IMG/VR virus record: IMGVR_UViG_3300043446_004500
Location: 32,001-96,000 of that record
Reading direction: 5' to 3' (one strand)
Source of the DNA: a virus
Length of the DNA stretch: 64,000 nucleotides
Shown here piece by piece: positions 55,462 through 64,000 of the stretch. The notes below the pieces were generated by a model. That model was not told the DNA's origin and searched no databases. It was given only the letters and a program-made list of their open reading frames with translations. How positions within the stretch are numbered: position 1 is the stretch's first letter; each line of letters starts with the position of its first letter. The translations under genes were made by a program, and so were the position numbers.

Positions 55462-55505
55462 TCCATGTTATAATATAAATAGTTTATATTATTCCAACCT
55501 GGTTT

Positions 55506-56108
55506 ATGCGTAAAAATTATACAAAACATCCAGAAATAAAAGTTGGGGATAAATTTTATTTTCTTGAAGTTATATCTCCTCCTTTTTTTGAAACATATCC
55601 AAATGGAAAAAAAAGAAAAAAACTTTTATGTAGATGTATTTGTGGAAAAGAAAAAATTTTTAGATATGATAGTTTTGTATGTAAAAATGAATTAGACAGA
55701 GCAAAAAGTTGCGGATGCAAACATGTTTATAGAAACAATCTTAATGCTCAAAAAAGAAGAAAACCTGAGAGTGTTTACAGATACATTTATGAACAATATC
55801 AATCTAGTGCTAAAACTAGAAATATAGATTTTTTATTGACAAAAGATGAATATATTGAAATTGTAAAGAAAAATTGTAATTATTGTGGAGAACCTGCACC
55901 AGTTAAACAACCAAATAGAGGAAAGGAAAAATACGTAGGAGTTCCTGTTACATATAATGGAATTGATAGGATAGATAGTAATAGAGGATACGAAAAAGAA
56001 AATTGTGTATCTTGTTGCACTAAATGTAATTATATGAAAAGTGATATGGATGTATCTTTATTTACTGAACACATTTTAAAAATTGCAAACCATTTACAGA
56101 AATTTTAA
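55506..56108 (+). CDS. HNH-type homing endonuclease
   Basis: CRCICG..SCGC; CNYCG...NGIDRIDSNRGY...CCTKCNYMK; TATAAATA in a hairpin at 55474. Confidence 0.8.
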   Translation: MRKNYTKHPEIKVGDKFYFLEVISPPFFETYPNGKKRKKLLCRCICGKEKIFRYDSFVCKNELDRAKSCGCKHVYRNNLNAQKRRKPESVYRYIYEQYQSSAKTRNIDFLLTKDEYIEIVKKNCNYCGEPAPVKQPNRGKEKYVGVPVTYNGIDRIDSNRGYEKENCVSCCTKCNYMKSDMDVSLFTEHILKIANHLQKF

Positions 56109-56863
56109 TGGCAAGAAGAAATCGGAAGGAAGATCAACCAATTGGTGTTGGAATGACTGCTAAGCAGATGAAGAGGAAAAAACCAATCAACTCAGATTTA
56201 ATGAGAGAGATTGAACCTTTAACAGAAAATCAAAAACTATTGTATTCTGCTTACGAAAAGAATCAGAATATCGTAGCATATGGATGTGCTGGTACTGGTA
56301 AAACCTTTATCACTCTCTATAATGCACTTCAAGATGTTTTAGATGAAAGAAGTCCTTACGAAAAAATTTATATTGTAAGATCTCTTGTTGCTACCCGTGA
56401 GATTGGATTCCTTCCTGGAGATCATGAAGATAAATCCTCTCTCTATCAAATTCCGTATAAGAACATGGTTAAGTACATGTTCCAACTTCCTACAGATGCT
56501 GACTTTGAGATGCTCTATGGAAACCTCAAAACTCAAGGAACGATTAGTTTTTGGAGTACTTCTTTTATTAGGGGAACTACTCTGGACAATGCAATCATTA
56601 TCGTAGATGAATTTCAAAACCTAAACTACCATGAGTTAGATTCTATTATTACCCGTGTTGGTGAAAATAGTAAAATTATGTTCTGTGGTGATGCAACTCA
56701 GAGTGATCTGATCCGAACAAATGAAAAGAATGGAATCATTGATTTTATGAAGGTTCTTCGCATCATGCCTTCAATGGATATTATTGAATTTGGTGTTGAT
56801 GATATTGTTCGTTCTGGTCTAGTTAAGGAGTATATTCTTGCAAAAATGCAAATAGGTGTATGA
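56108..56863 (+). CDS. phoH: PhoH-like ATPase
   Basis: GCAGTGKT, REIGFLPG, DEFQN, GDATQSD. Confidence 0.96.
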   Translation: MARRNRKEDQPIGVGMTAKQMKRKKPINSDLMREIEPLTENQKLLYSAYEKNQNIVAYGCAGTGKTFITLYNALQDVLDERSPYEKIYIVRSLVATREIGFLPGDHEDKSSLYQIPYKNMVKYMFQLPTDADFEMLYGNLKTQGTISFWSTSFIRGTTLDNAIIIVDEFQNLNYHELDSIITRVGENSKIMFCGDATQSDLIRTNEKNGIIDFMKVLRIMPSMDIIEFGVDDIVRSGLVKEYILAKMQIGV

Positions 56864-57540
56864 GTTTTATTCATCATAATTTTCTAGGTGATATTGAATT
56901 AGAAAAGAAAGAAACAAACGGCATCCGCCTTTACCATCTTCCTGATGGACAGTGGGTGCCTTCTATTACTTCTGTTACTTCATTTTATAATCGTCAAATC
57001 TTTATTGACTGGCGAAAACGAGTAGGACTTGAAGAAGCAAATCGCATTACCAAAAGAGCAACTGCAAGAGGAACTGATTTCCACCTAATCTGCCAAGATT
57101 ATCTTGAAAACAAAGAACTTGAATGGAATGATTATCAACCTCTGACAAAGATTATGTTTCATTATGCTAAACCTTATCTTGATAAGATAAATAATATTCA
57201 TGCAATTGAAAGAACTTTGTACTCTCAGTATTTTGGACTTGCTGGACGAGTTGACTGTATTGCTGAGTATGAAGGAGAACTTGCAGTTATAGACTTTAAA
57301 ACTTCAGATAAAATCAAGCCAGAAAAATGGATTGAGAATTATTTTGTTCAAGAGATGTTTTATGCATCTGCTTATTATGAGATGACTGGAAAACCAATTA
57401 AAAAACTGATTACATTAATGGTGACTCCTGGTGGAGAAGTTAAAGTATTTGACAAAAGAAACAAAGGGGATTATATTAAACTATTAGTTCGGTATATTAA
57501 AGAATTTGTACATCACAATATTAGGGAAAATGGAGAATGA
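56860..57540 (+). CDS. PD-(D/E)xK exonuclease (Cas4/RecB-like)
   Basis: PSITSV, RGTDFH, AGRVDCI, IDFKTS. Confidence 0.88.
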   Translation: MSFIHHNFLGDIELEKKETNGIRLYHLPDGQWVPSITSVTSFYNRQIFIDWRKRVGLEEANRITKRATARGTDFHLICQDYLENKELEWNDYQPLTKIMFHYAKPYLDKINNIHAIERTLYSQYFGLAGRVDCIAEYEGELAVIDFKTSDKIKPEKWIENYFVQEMFYASAYYEMTGKPIKKLITLMVTPGGEVKVFDKRNKGDYIKLLVRYIKEFVHHNIRENGE

Positions 57541-57787
57541 ATTAGAGAAAGCATTAGAAAATAAATTTTATTGCCCATCTAAATTCGCACAAGAAATTGA
57601 AAATCTTGTGAGGTATAACAATGACATGAATTATATTGATGCTATTGTTTATTTTTGTGAGCAGAATAATCTAGATTTAGAATCTGTTCCAAAACTAATT
57701 TCAAAGCCACTTAAAGAAAAAATTCGTTATGAAGCAATGGAACTTAATTTTCTGAAAAAGACCTCCCGAGCAAAATTAATCTTTTAA
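57530..57787 (+). CDS. gp33: Late transcription coactivator gp33
   Basis: YIDAIVYFCE...LKEKIRYEAMELNFL. Confidence 0.88.
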   Translation: MENELEKALENKFYCPSKFAQEIENLVRYNNDMNYIDAIVYFCEQNNLDLESVPKLISKPLKEKIRYEAMELNFLKKTSRAKLIF

Positions 57788-58383
57788 TGGTCCCTTTTGA
57801 TTGCTATAAAACATATCTTGCATTAAAAAATCATTTCACAAAAGATAGTTACGACTATCATAAGTATTGTAAAAAAACTAGAGCAACTGTTCAATCTTTT
57901 TATAAGAGGAAAGATAGGTTTTTCTTTGAAAAAATGTCCAGACAAAGAAATGAAAAGGAAGTAGAAGATTTCTTTGTAGCAAATTTTGTTTCTTGTAATG
58001 ATCCAGAATCTTTATGGATTGGTGAAATAATTAAAGAAGGAGAAGGTAGGTATAGGAATTGGCAGAAAAAACTGCAGTCCTTATCCTACCTTTTTAAAGA
58101 AGAATCTCAGTCTCTCTTTGAAGAGAATAAGTTTGATGATGTTTTTAATTGTTCTAAAGGTCATCCCCCTCTTCTAAAAAAATTCCTTATTGGGAAAATT
58201 AGTCTAGAAACATTGGTAATTTATGATAAAATATTCCTATTTGGGAATAAGTTTGATAAGAAACTTCAAGATCCAGTGTGGGAAACCGTAAGTCGTAGAA
58301 TTAAAAAATATAGTCCGTTTCTAAATATTGATGTATTTCTTTATCGTAAAATTTTAAAAGAATTGATCCTGGGGGAAAAATGA
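57787..58383 (+). CDS. gp59: Helicase loader gp59
   Basis: YLALKNHF...YDYHKY...FYKRKDRFFFEK. Confidence 0.9.
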   Translation: MVPFDCYKTYLALKNHFTKDSYDYHKYCKKTRATVQSFYKRKDRFFFEKMSRQRNEKEVEDFFVANFVSCNDPESLWIGEIIKEGEGRYRNWQKKLQSLSYLFKEESQSLFEENKFDDVFNCSKGHPPLLKKFLIGKISLETLVIYDKIFLFGNKFDKKLQDPVWETVSRRIKKYSPFLNIDVFLYRKILKELILGEK

Positions 58384-58724
58384 GTTTTTTTGAATCTGAA
58401 GTTGTTCGTGCTGAAATGGTAGAAATATCAGAACTTCAAGAAGAAATATATTCTAATGTATTTGAATTTCCTAGTATGTCAAAAGAGGAAAAAATTGAAC
58501 ATGTCAACATATTAGAAAAACTTCTTGACAAACAAAAAGTTTTGTATACACGTTTGAGTTTATCTGATGATCCAGAAGCCCAGGAAATGAAAGAAAGAGT
58601 TATTGAATCTGCTCAATTGATGGGACTTCCTCCCAATGTTGACATGAATGTTATTTTTAACAACATGTCAAAAATGCTTGAGGTCATGAAAGAGCAGATT
58701 GACAAAACGGGTTCCGACCTGTAA
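58380..58724 (+). CDS. DUF1825-like protein
   Basis: FFESEVV...RLSLSDDPEA. Confidence 0.8.
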   Translation: MSFFESEVVRAEMVEISELQEEIYSNVFEFPSMSKEEKIEHVNILEKLLDKQKVLYTRLSLSDDPEAQEMKERVIESAQLMGLPPNVDMNVIFNNMSKMLEVMKEQIDKTGSDL

Positions 58725-58771
58725 AATAAAGAGGTACACAAAGGCCAAATCCAATTTAATCCGAGGTACAC

Positions 58772-59731
58772 ATGTCTAATTTCGCAAATCTTAAAAAACA
58801 ATCTTCCGTTGGTTCACTTACCGAAAAACTAGTGAAGCAAGTAGAGAAGATGAACTCCACTTCTGGTGGTTCTGATGAACGTCTCTGGAAACCAGAAATG
58901 GATAAAACTGGAGTAGGTTCAGCAGTTATTCGTTTCCTTCCTGCCCCTGATGGAGAAGAACTTCCTTGGGTCAAGATGTATTCCCATGGATTCCAAGGTC
59001 CTGGTGGTTGGTATATTGAAAACTCACTAACAACTCTTAGTCAAAAAGATCCCGTTACTGAGTACAACCGTATGCTCTGGAACAGTGGTAATCCTAAAGA
59101 TCAAGACACTGTACGTAAGCAAAAACGCAAACTCTCTTACTACAGCAATATTTACGTCGTAAAGGATCCTCTTCATCCTGAGAATGAAGGTAAGGTATTC
59201 CTCTTCAAGTATGGTAAGAAAATCTTTGATAAGATTCTGAATGCTATGCAACCTGAGTTTGATGATGAAGAACCAATCAATCCATTTGATTTCTGGAAAG
59301 GTGCTAACTTCCGTCTGAAGATTCGTAAGGTAGAAGGTTACTGGAACTATGACAAGTCAGAGTTTGATTCATCTTCACCTCTTCTAGATGATGACGATGC
59401 ACTAGAAGCACTATGGAAAAAAGAGCATTCTCTCTCTGCTCTGATTGCTCCAGATCAATTTAAAACCTACGAGGAACTTGAGAAACGTCTGAACTATGTT
59501 CTGGGAATTAATCAGACAAGTTCTCCTACTCAATCCCGTGCTGTGGTTGAACAAGAAGATGATTATGAATCATATTCTCAACCAGTAAGTCGTGAAGAAA
59601 AAGTAATGGAAGAACTAGAACAATCTTATACTCGTTCTAAGTCACCTTCACCATCACTTCCTAAAATCACACAGGATGATGAGGATGAAGATGATGCTCT
59701 CAGTTACTTCCAACGACTTGCAGAAGATTGA
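58772..59731 (+). CDS. gp32: Single-stranded DNA-binding protein gp32
   Basis: AVIRFLPA, WYIENS, YGKKIFDK, NYDKSEF; acidic tail. Confidence 0.96.
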   Translation: MSNFANLKKQSSVGSLTEKLVKQVEKMNSTSGGSDERLWKPEMDKTGVGSAVIRFLPAPDGEELPWVKMYSHGFQGPGGWYIENSLTTLSQKDPVTEYNRMLWNSGNPKDQDTVRKQKRKLSYYSNIYVVKDPLHPENEGKVFLFKYGKKIFDKILNAMQPEFDDEEPINPFDFWKGANFRLKIRKVEGYWNYDKSEFDSSSPLLDDDDALEALWKKEHSLSALIAPDQFKTYEELEKRLNYVLGINQTSSPTQSRAVVEQEDDYESYSQPVSREEKVMEELEQSYTRSKSPSPSLPKITQDDEDEDDALSYFQRLAED

Positions 59732-59739
59732 TTAACTGA

Positions 59740-60552
59740 TTAACTGAATAACTTAATATTATCTCCTCTCTTCAGGGTTCTAGACACATACTGTTTAGAA
59801 CCCTGTTTATATGGCATAATATCACTCATATCATTTAGTACAATATTTAAGTACTGTTTCTTAAGTAAAAATATATTTCTCTTCCCCTCTTCAAGTTTTA
59901 CTTCATATTCATAGTTTGTAACTGGATTAGTAAATTCAGTTGTAGGAATTACAACCTCTGTTTGAAGCCCATTGTCATAATATGAATAACCGATTACTAA
60001 GGTTGTGTTTCCATTTGCAGCAACAAACCTTCTAGTTTCTGGAAGGAAGTATGGAACTGCAACTCTTTTAACGGCATCTTTTTCTACTACATATTCTACT
60101 CTATAACCTAGTCTTACTCCTTTTGGAATTAATGTTATTCCATTAGAATCCTTTACATCATTAGTTACTTCAAAGTGATGAGGAGCATAAAAATCTGTTC
60201 CAGTATCTCCAACAGAATATAGATTTTCATAGGAACCATACTTATCTAAAACACAATTCTCAAAGGATTGCTGAGGCATAGGCCATTCACTTTGAACATT
60301 CAAAATATTATTTGATAATAATACCAACCAATCTAGAGTCTCATCCCCATAATATTTAAATGCTACGTTATCTGGTCTTTCATCTCCAATAATATTATAT
60401 TTTTCAAAGAACACAGCACTTTGAAATATTTCATCTCTAATCTTTCCTCTTTTGAAAAGATTTTTTACTGGTATGTATTCTGAAATGTTTCTTTCTTTTG
60501 GGTTCCTATTGACATATTCAAAGTTAGGAACTTGTCTAAAGTAACTTGGCAT
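59740..60552 (-). CDS. gp53: Baseplate wedge protein gp53
   Basis: ERPDNVA..YG...WLVLLSN...EWP; VTNYEYE...KRNI. Confidence 0.88.
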   Translation of the reverse strand: MPSYFRQVPNFEYVNRNPKERNISEYIPVKNLFKRGKIRDEIFQSAVFFEKYNIIGDERPDNVAFKYYGDETLDWLVLLSNNILNVQSEWPMPQQSFENCVLDKYGSYENLYSVGDTGTDFYAPHHFEVTNDVKDSNGITLIPKGVRLGYRVEYVVEKDAVKRVAVPYFLPETRRFVAANGNTTLVIGYSYYDNGLQTEVVIPTTEFTNPVTNYEYEVKLEEGKRNIFLLKKQYLNIVLNDMSDIMPYKQGSKQYVSRTLKRGDNIKLFS

Positions 60553-60553
60553 C

Positions 60554-61951
60554 TTAGAAACCTATTGGGTGATCTTCTTCATAATCCTTATCATATAGTG
60601 GAACAAGTTCTGAAAATGTTAAGTTTATGGTATAAGAAACCATGGTTGCTTCATCATCAATAAATGTTGAATATGTACCTAATGGAGTATAATCAACTAC
60701 ACAATTTTGCAATGCACACATTTTAATCAGATTAATAGATTTGTGATTATCACTCGTTCCTCCATTTATGTATTGTATTCTAAAAATATTTGGAGCACCT
60801 AAAAATATTCCATTAATTTTTGGTGCCATATTTTTTTTGAATGCTCTAATAATTTTTTTTACAATATCAGACTCGTCTTCACTTCTTGGCGAAAGTTTAA
60901 ATGTAAAATTAAATGGTCTTAATTGTGGACCTTGGAATAGTAATTCCATATTTGGATTTAAAATTCCACCAGTTGCTCTTGAAAGTAATCCTGGTGCTTG
61001 AACTGCTTGTTCAAGGAGAGCAGTAAGAAGTAAATTTTGAAATTGTCCACCATAGTTTTTTACAGTGGTTGCAATATCTTGCATTCCTTTGCCTAATGCA
61101 GATGCAAAACCACCAGGACTAGTCATTCCCGTGGCTGAAGCTTTTACTAACATTCTTTGTAATTCATTTAATTCTCCTGGTCCCCAATTCACAACGTTTT
61201 GATCATTAATTGGTGCTTGTATTGGAAGAATTATTGGTTTTTCTGATGAAACTTTTTCATACAAATTAGTGTCTACACTTGATCCAAATTTTTGATTTTC
61301 TCTTGCACTTTTAAAAGCATCTGGAAGTTTTTTATAATCCATGTCAGGATTTTTTTTCAATTTCCAAATTTCAAATCTTACATGATCTTGCGATTCAAGC
61401 ATTTTTTCTGGATAAACAAGAACCGTTGGATCTTTTGTTACACGAAATGGTTGTTCATTTGGTGCTGTTGGTGCTGGAGTAGATCCACCTGTTGGAGAAG
61501 ATTGTGAATTTGGATCTGTTGGTGCTGGAGTAGATCCTCCTCCTGGTGTTCCTTGTTGGTTTGGATCTGTTAGTTGTCTTCTTAAATTTGAATCTGAAAA
61601 GATAGAAGTTGCTTGATCATAATTTCCATTATCGCGTTCATTTCCAGGAGGATATGTTGTGAAGGTCCAATTTCCATTCGGTTGTTGTACATATCCAGAG
61701 TGTTGAACATAAAATTTTCCAGTAGTGGGATCTCTTCCAGCATATTGACTTCCACTTACTTGAGATGTTGTTTGCTGAGAAACTGGTGCATTTGGGTTAT
61801 TAATTATTGTATATGTTTTGTTAGCAACTCTTTGTGCTTCAGTTTCATTCGTTTCATAGTATATAAAAACTGTTTTTCCGTCCTCACTAGGTACTGATTT
61901 CCAGGGTAATTTCCTTCCTCCGTGCATAAAGGTTTGTTCTTTTAATGTCAT
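60554..61951 (-). CDS. gp48: Baseplate tail-tube cap gp48 with extended N terminus
   Basis: NPNMELLFQGPQLRPFNFTFKLSPRS; VDYTP; LTFSEL. Confidence 0.85.
   Translation of the reverse strand: MTLKEQTFMHGGRKLPWKSVPSEDGKTVFIYYETNETEAQRVANKTYTIINNPNAPVSQQTTSQVSGSQYAGRDPTTGKFYVQHSGYVQQPNGNWTFTTYPPGNERDNGNYDQATSIFSDSNLRRQLTDPNQQGTPGGGSTPAPTDPNSQSSPTGGSTPAPTAPNEQPFRVTKDPTVLVYPEKMLESQDHVRFEIWKLKKNPDMDYKKLPDAFKSARENQKFGSSVDTNLYEKVSSEKPIILPIQAPINDQNVVNWGPGELNELQRMLVKASATGMTSPGGFASALGKGMQDIATTVKNYGGQFQNLLLTALLEQAVQAPGLLSRATGGILNPNMELLFQGPQLRPFNFTFKLSPRSEDESDIVKKIIRAFKKNMAPKINGIFLGAPNIFRIQYINGGTSDNHKSINLIKMCALQNCVVDYTPLGTYSTFIDDEATMVSYTINLTFSELVPLYDKDYEEDHPIGF
61465..61537. repeat. 22-bp direct repeat (51-bp period) in the gp48 linker
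   Basis: CTGTTGGTGCTGGAGTAGATCC at 61465 and 61516, encoding GSTPAPT. Confidence 0.8.
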
Positions 61952-62025
61952 CAAATCACCTCCCAACCAAGAGGATTAACAATCTCAATTTTTTGTAGAG
62001 TATGAGACATTGATGAGAGTGGTTT

Positions 62026-62418
62026 TTATTTATTTAGACGGAATTTTTCATAAGGTATTGAAAGAAGTTCATCTAATTCATTATACTTGACACTATAAAG
62101 TTTTCCGGCAACTTCTGCCCAAGTATAATTCCTATATTTTCTCCAATGAAAATTTAAACCTCTAAATCCCCAATTAAACAATTTTGTACAAACAATTAAA
62201 GGGTGTTGATCGTATTCAATATCGGGAGTTTTTGGATTATATACAAAAGTATAAAACTTATCTTGTTCGGGAAGTATGGAATCTTCTTTGAAGATTTCCA
62301 TAATTAACAACATTAAATCTTCAGCATCAGTTACTTTTTCTTTGGCAATTCTTTTTTTTAATTCTCTAACTCTTGGAGTTGTTGATTTTTCTATGTACTG
62401 ACCGAAACCTTCTGCCAT
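62026..62418 (-). CDS. gp2-like DNA end protector (short form)
   Basis: YTFVYNPKT...YDQHPL...GFRGLNFHW. Confidence 0.65.
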   Translation of the reverse strand: MAEGFGQYIEKSTTPRVRELKKRIAKEKVTDAEDLMLLIMEIFKEDSILPEQDKFYTFVYNPKTPDIEYDQHPLIVCTKLFNWGFRGLNFHWRKYRNYTWAEVAGKLYSVKYNELDELLSIPYEKFRLNK

Positions 62419-62861
62419 TATTTGATACCTAAGTGATCTTCTGTAACCAGCATAAATTCTATCATTCTATCTTTACAAAATTCTTCTGCTGCTTTCCACT
62501 TTGCTTGATTGACTGCATAAGTTCTGCATTCGTGCAGATAAGATTTAGTCACTCTTGATTTTTGTTTTGGTGGAACTGTTTGCTTCTTTGGTTTCACTTC
62601 AACAACATAAGTTTTAATTTGTCCTGATTGTTCTTTGACTTTAATAAGATAATCAGGAAAATATCTATGAACTCTATTATCTATAGGTGACACATAAGGA
62701 ACACAAAATTCCTCTGAAGCCCAGGAAACTATACTTGGATTATGGTCGCACCAATAACAAAATTTTCTTTCCCAACTACTTCTACAAATAATATTATTAT
62801 AGTCTCCTTTGTACTTGTTAGGATGAGAAGGTTTGTAGATGCTCTTGAGACTTTCTGCCAT
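62418..62861 (-). CDS. gp4: Head completion nuclease gp4
   Basis: KYKGD...RSSWE...WASEE...RYFPD...EVKP...NQAKW. Confidence 0.92.
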   Translation of the reverse strand: MAESLKSIYKPSHPNKYKGDYNNIICRSSWERKFCYWCDHNPSIVSWASEEFCVPYVSPIDNRVHRYFPDYLIKVKEQSGQIKTYVVEVKPKKQTVPPKQKSRVTKSYLHECRTYAVNQAKWKAAEEFCKDRMIEFMLVTEDHLGIK

Positions 62862-62900
62862 TATCCTGTCTACATAATATATTAGTAAAAGTATTTATAG

Positions 62901-63704
62901 ATGGCTGGTCCCTCTACAAGAACATATTCTGTAGCAGACTTAAAAGCAAGGTTAATGAGACCTGCTTTAACTTCTCATTATGTGTGCAGATTTCAACCTC
63001 CTCAAGATGTTGTAGAATGGATGGCAGCAAGATCTGATGCAGGTGCTTCTGGAGAAAACTATAATGATACTTTTATTCAAGAATTGATTGAAATTTCTTG
63101 TTCTGAAGCATCTTTGCCAGGATCATCACTGACTACAAACGATGTGAATGATGATTATACTGGTGTAACCCAAAAGTTTGCGTATAGAAGATTATATGAT
63201 TCTACTGCAGACTTTACTTTTTATGTTGATAATAATTACACGACTCTTAGTTTTTTTGAAGGTTGGTTGTCTTATATTGTAAGAGAAGACATAACCAGTG
63301 GAGTTCAAAATGAAAATTATTTTTATCGTGTAAGATTTCCAGAATCTTATAGAACACCTTATTTGTATATTACCAAATTTGAAAAAGATCATAACAGTCT
63401 TGAATCTGGACCATATTTGAATTATCAATTTATTGGAGCATATCCAATAAGCATTTCTTCAATGCCAGTAAATTATGATCAATCTCAATTATTAAAGTGT
63501 ACTGTTTCTTTTACTTATGATAGATATGTACTTACTAAAACTCCGTTAAGTCCACTTCAAAGAGGATTTATTCAAGATAGACTTGTTCGTGAAGATAATG
63601 CAAGAGGAGCAGCTGCAGCAGCTGCTGGACGTGGATTGGAAGAATTAAATAGAGCAAACGAAGAAGCATATTATAGAGCAAATCCTGATCAAAGACCTAA
63701 ATAA
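62901..63704 (+). CDS. Tail-tube-related baseplate protein (gp54/gp19-like)
   Basis: CSEASLPG, FTFYVD, FFEGW, AYPISI, TVSFTY. Confidence 0.75.
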   Translation: MAGPSTRTYSVADLKARLMRPALTSHYVCRFQPPQDVVEWMAARSDAGASGENYNDTFIQELIEISCSEASLPGSSLTTNDVNDDYTGVTQKFAYRRLYDSTADFTFYVDNNYTTLSFFEGWLSYIVREDITSGVQNENYFYRVRFPESYRTPYLYITKFEKDHNSLESGPYLNYQFIGAYPISISSMPVNYDQSQLLKCTVSFTYDRYVLTKTPLSPLQRGFIQDRLVREDNARGAAAAAAGRGLEELNRANEEAYYRANPDQRPK

Positions 63705-63731
63705 TCACACCTGAAAATTCTATAGGACATC

Positions 63732-64000
63732 ATGCCATTACCTAAGATTTCTACACCAACTTATGAACTTGAGTTGCCTTCATCTGGACAAACAATCAAG
63801 TACAGACCATTTCTAGTAAGAGAAGAAAAACTTCTGGTTCTTGCTATGGAATCGGAAGACACAAAAGAAATTACAACAGCAATTAAGGCAGTAATTAAAA
63901 ATTGTATTGAAACGAAAGGAATTAAAGTAGAGACTCTTCCTACTTTTGATATTGAATATATCTTTTTAAATATTCGTGCAAAGTCAGTTGGAGAAGATAT
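63732..64000 (+). CDS. gp26: Baseplate hub protein gp26 (3'-truncated by window)
   Basis: MPLPKISTPTYELELPS...YRPFLVREEK...FDIEYIFLNIRAKSVGE. Confidence 0.92.
   Translation, partial: MPLPKISTPTYELELPSSGQTIKYRPFLVREEKLLVLAMESEDTKEITTAIKAVIKNCIETKGIKVETLPTFDIEYIFLNIRAKSVGED

Noticed and set aside
56860-57540. CRISPR-Cas system suggested by the Cas4-like nuclease
   Set aside because: This is the usual T4-like cyanophage exonuclease after phoH; I saw no repeat-spacer array or other cas genes
1-64000. Stop-codon reassignment
   Set aside because: Core genes are full length in the standard code and all three stop codons are used; no suppressor tRNA seen

Overview
A 64 kb segment of a T4-like cyanomyovirus genome (Kyanoviridae-type; a freshwater lineage is an inference). 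It runs from regA/hsp20 through the replication genes (gp43, uvsX, gp41, mazG, gp61, nrdA/B), a tRNA/ncRNA cluster and an ~11 kb sugar-modification island. Host-derived metabolic genes follow (porin, pstS, two hli, peroxiredoxin, psbA, talC, zwf, gnd, speD, thyX, phoH), then gp33/gp59/gp32 and the start of the baseplate/tail module. Most notable: (1) a peptidase and an ATG-less lysozyme joined by an in-frame A_AAA_AAG slippery site followed by an H-type pseudoknot, i.e. a candidate programmed -1 frameshift giving two lysin forms; (2) the gp41 helicase split by a gp41-1-type split intein, with a GIY-YIG endonuclease and a cargo gene between the halves; (3) late-promoter genes carrying T4-like capsid-targeting leaders or shared terminal tags, including an ADP-ribosyltransferase-like protein; (4) a structured RNA with complementary kissing loops plus a tRNA-like element in the tRNA cluster; (5) a group I intron in psbA next to a frameshifted endonuclease; (6) several cis-regulatory RNAs. 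All family assignments come from motif recognition, not database searches.
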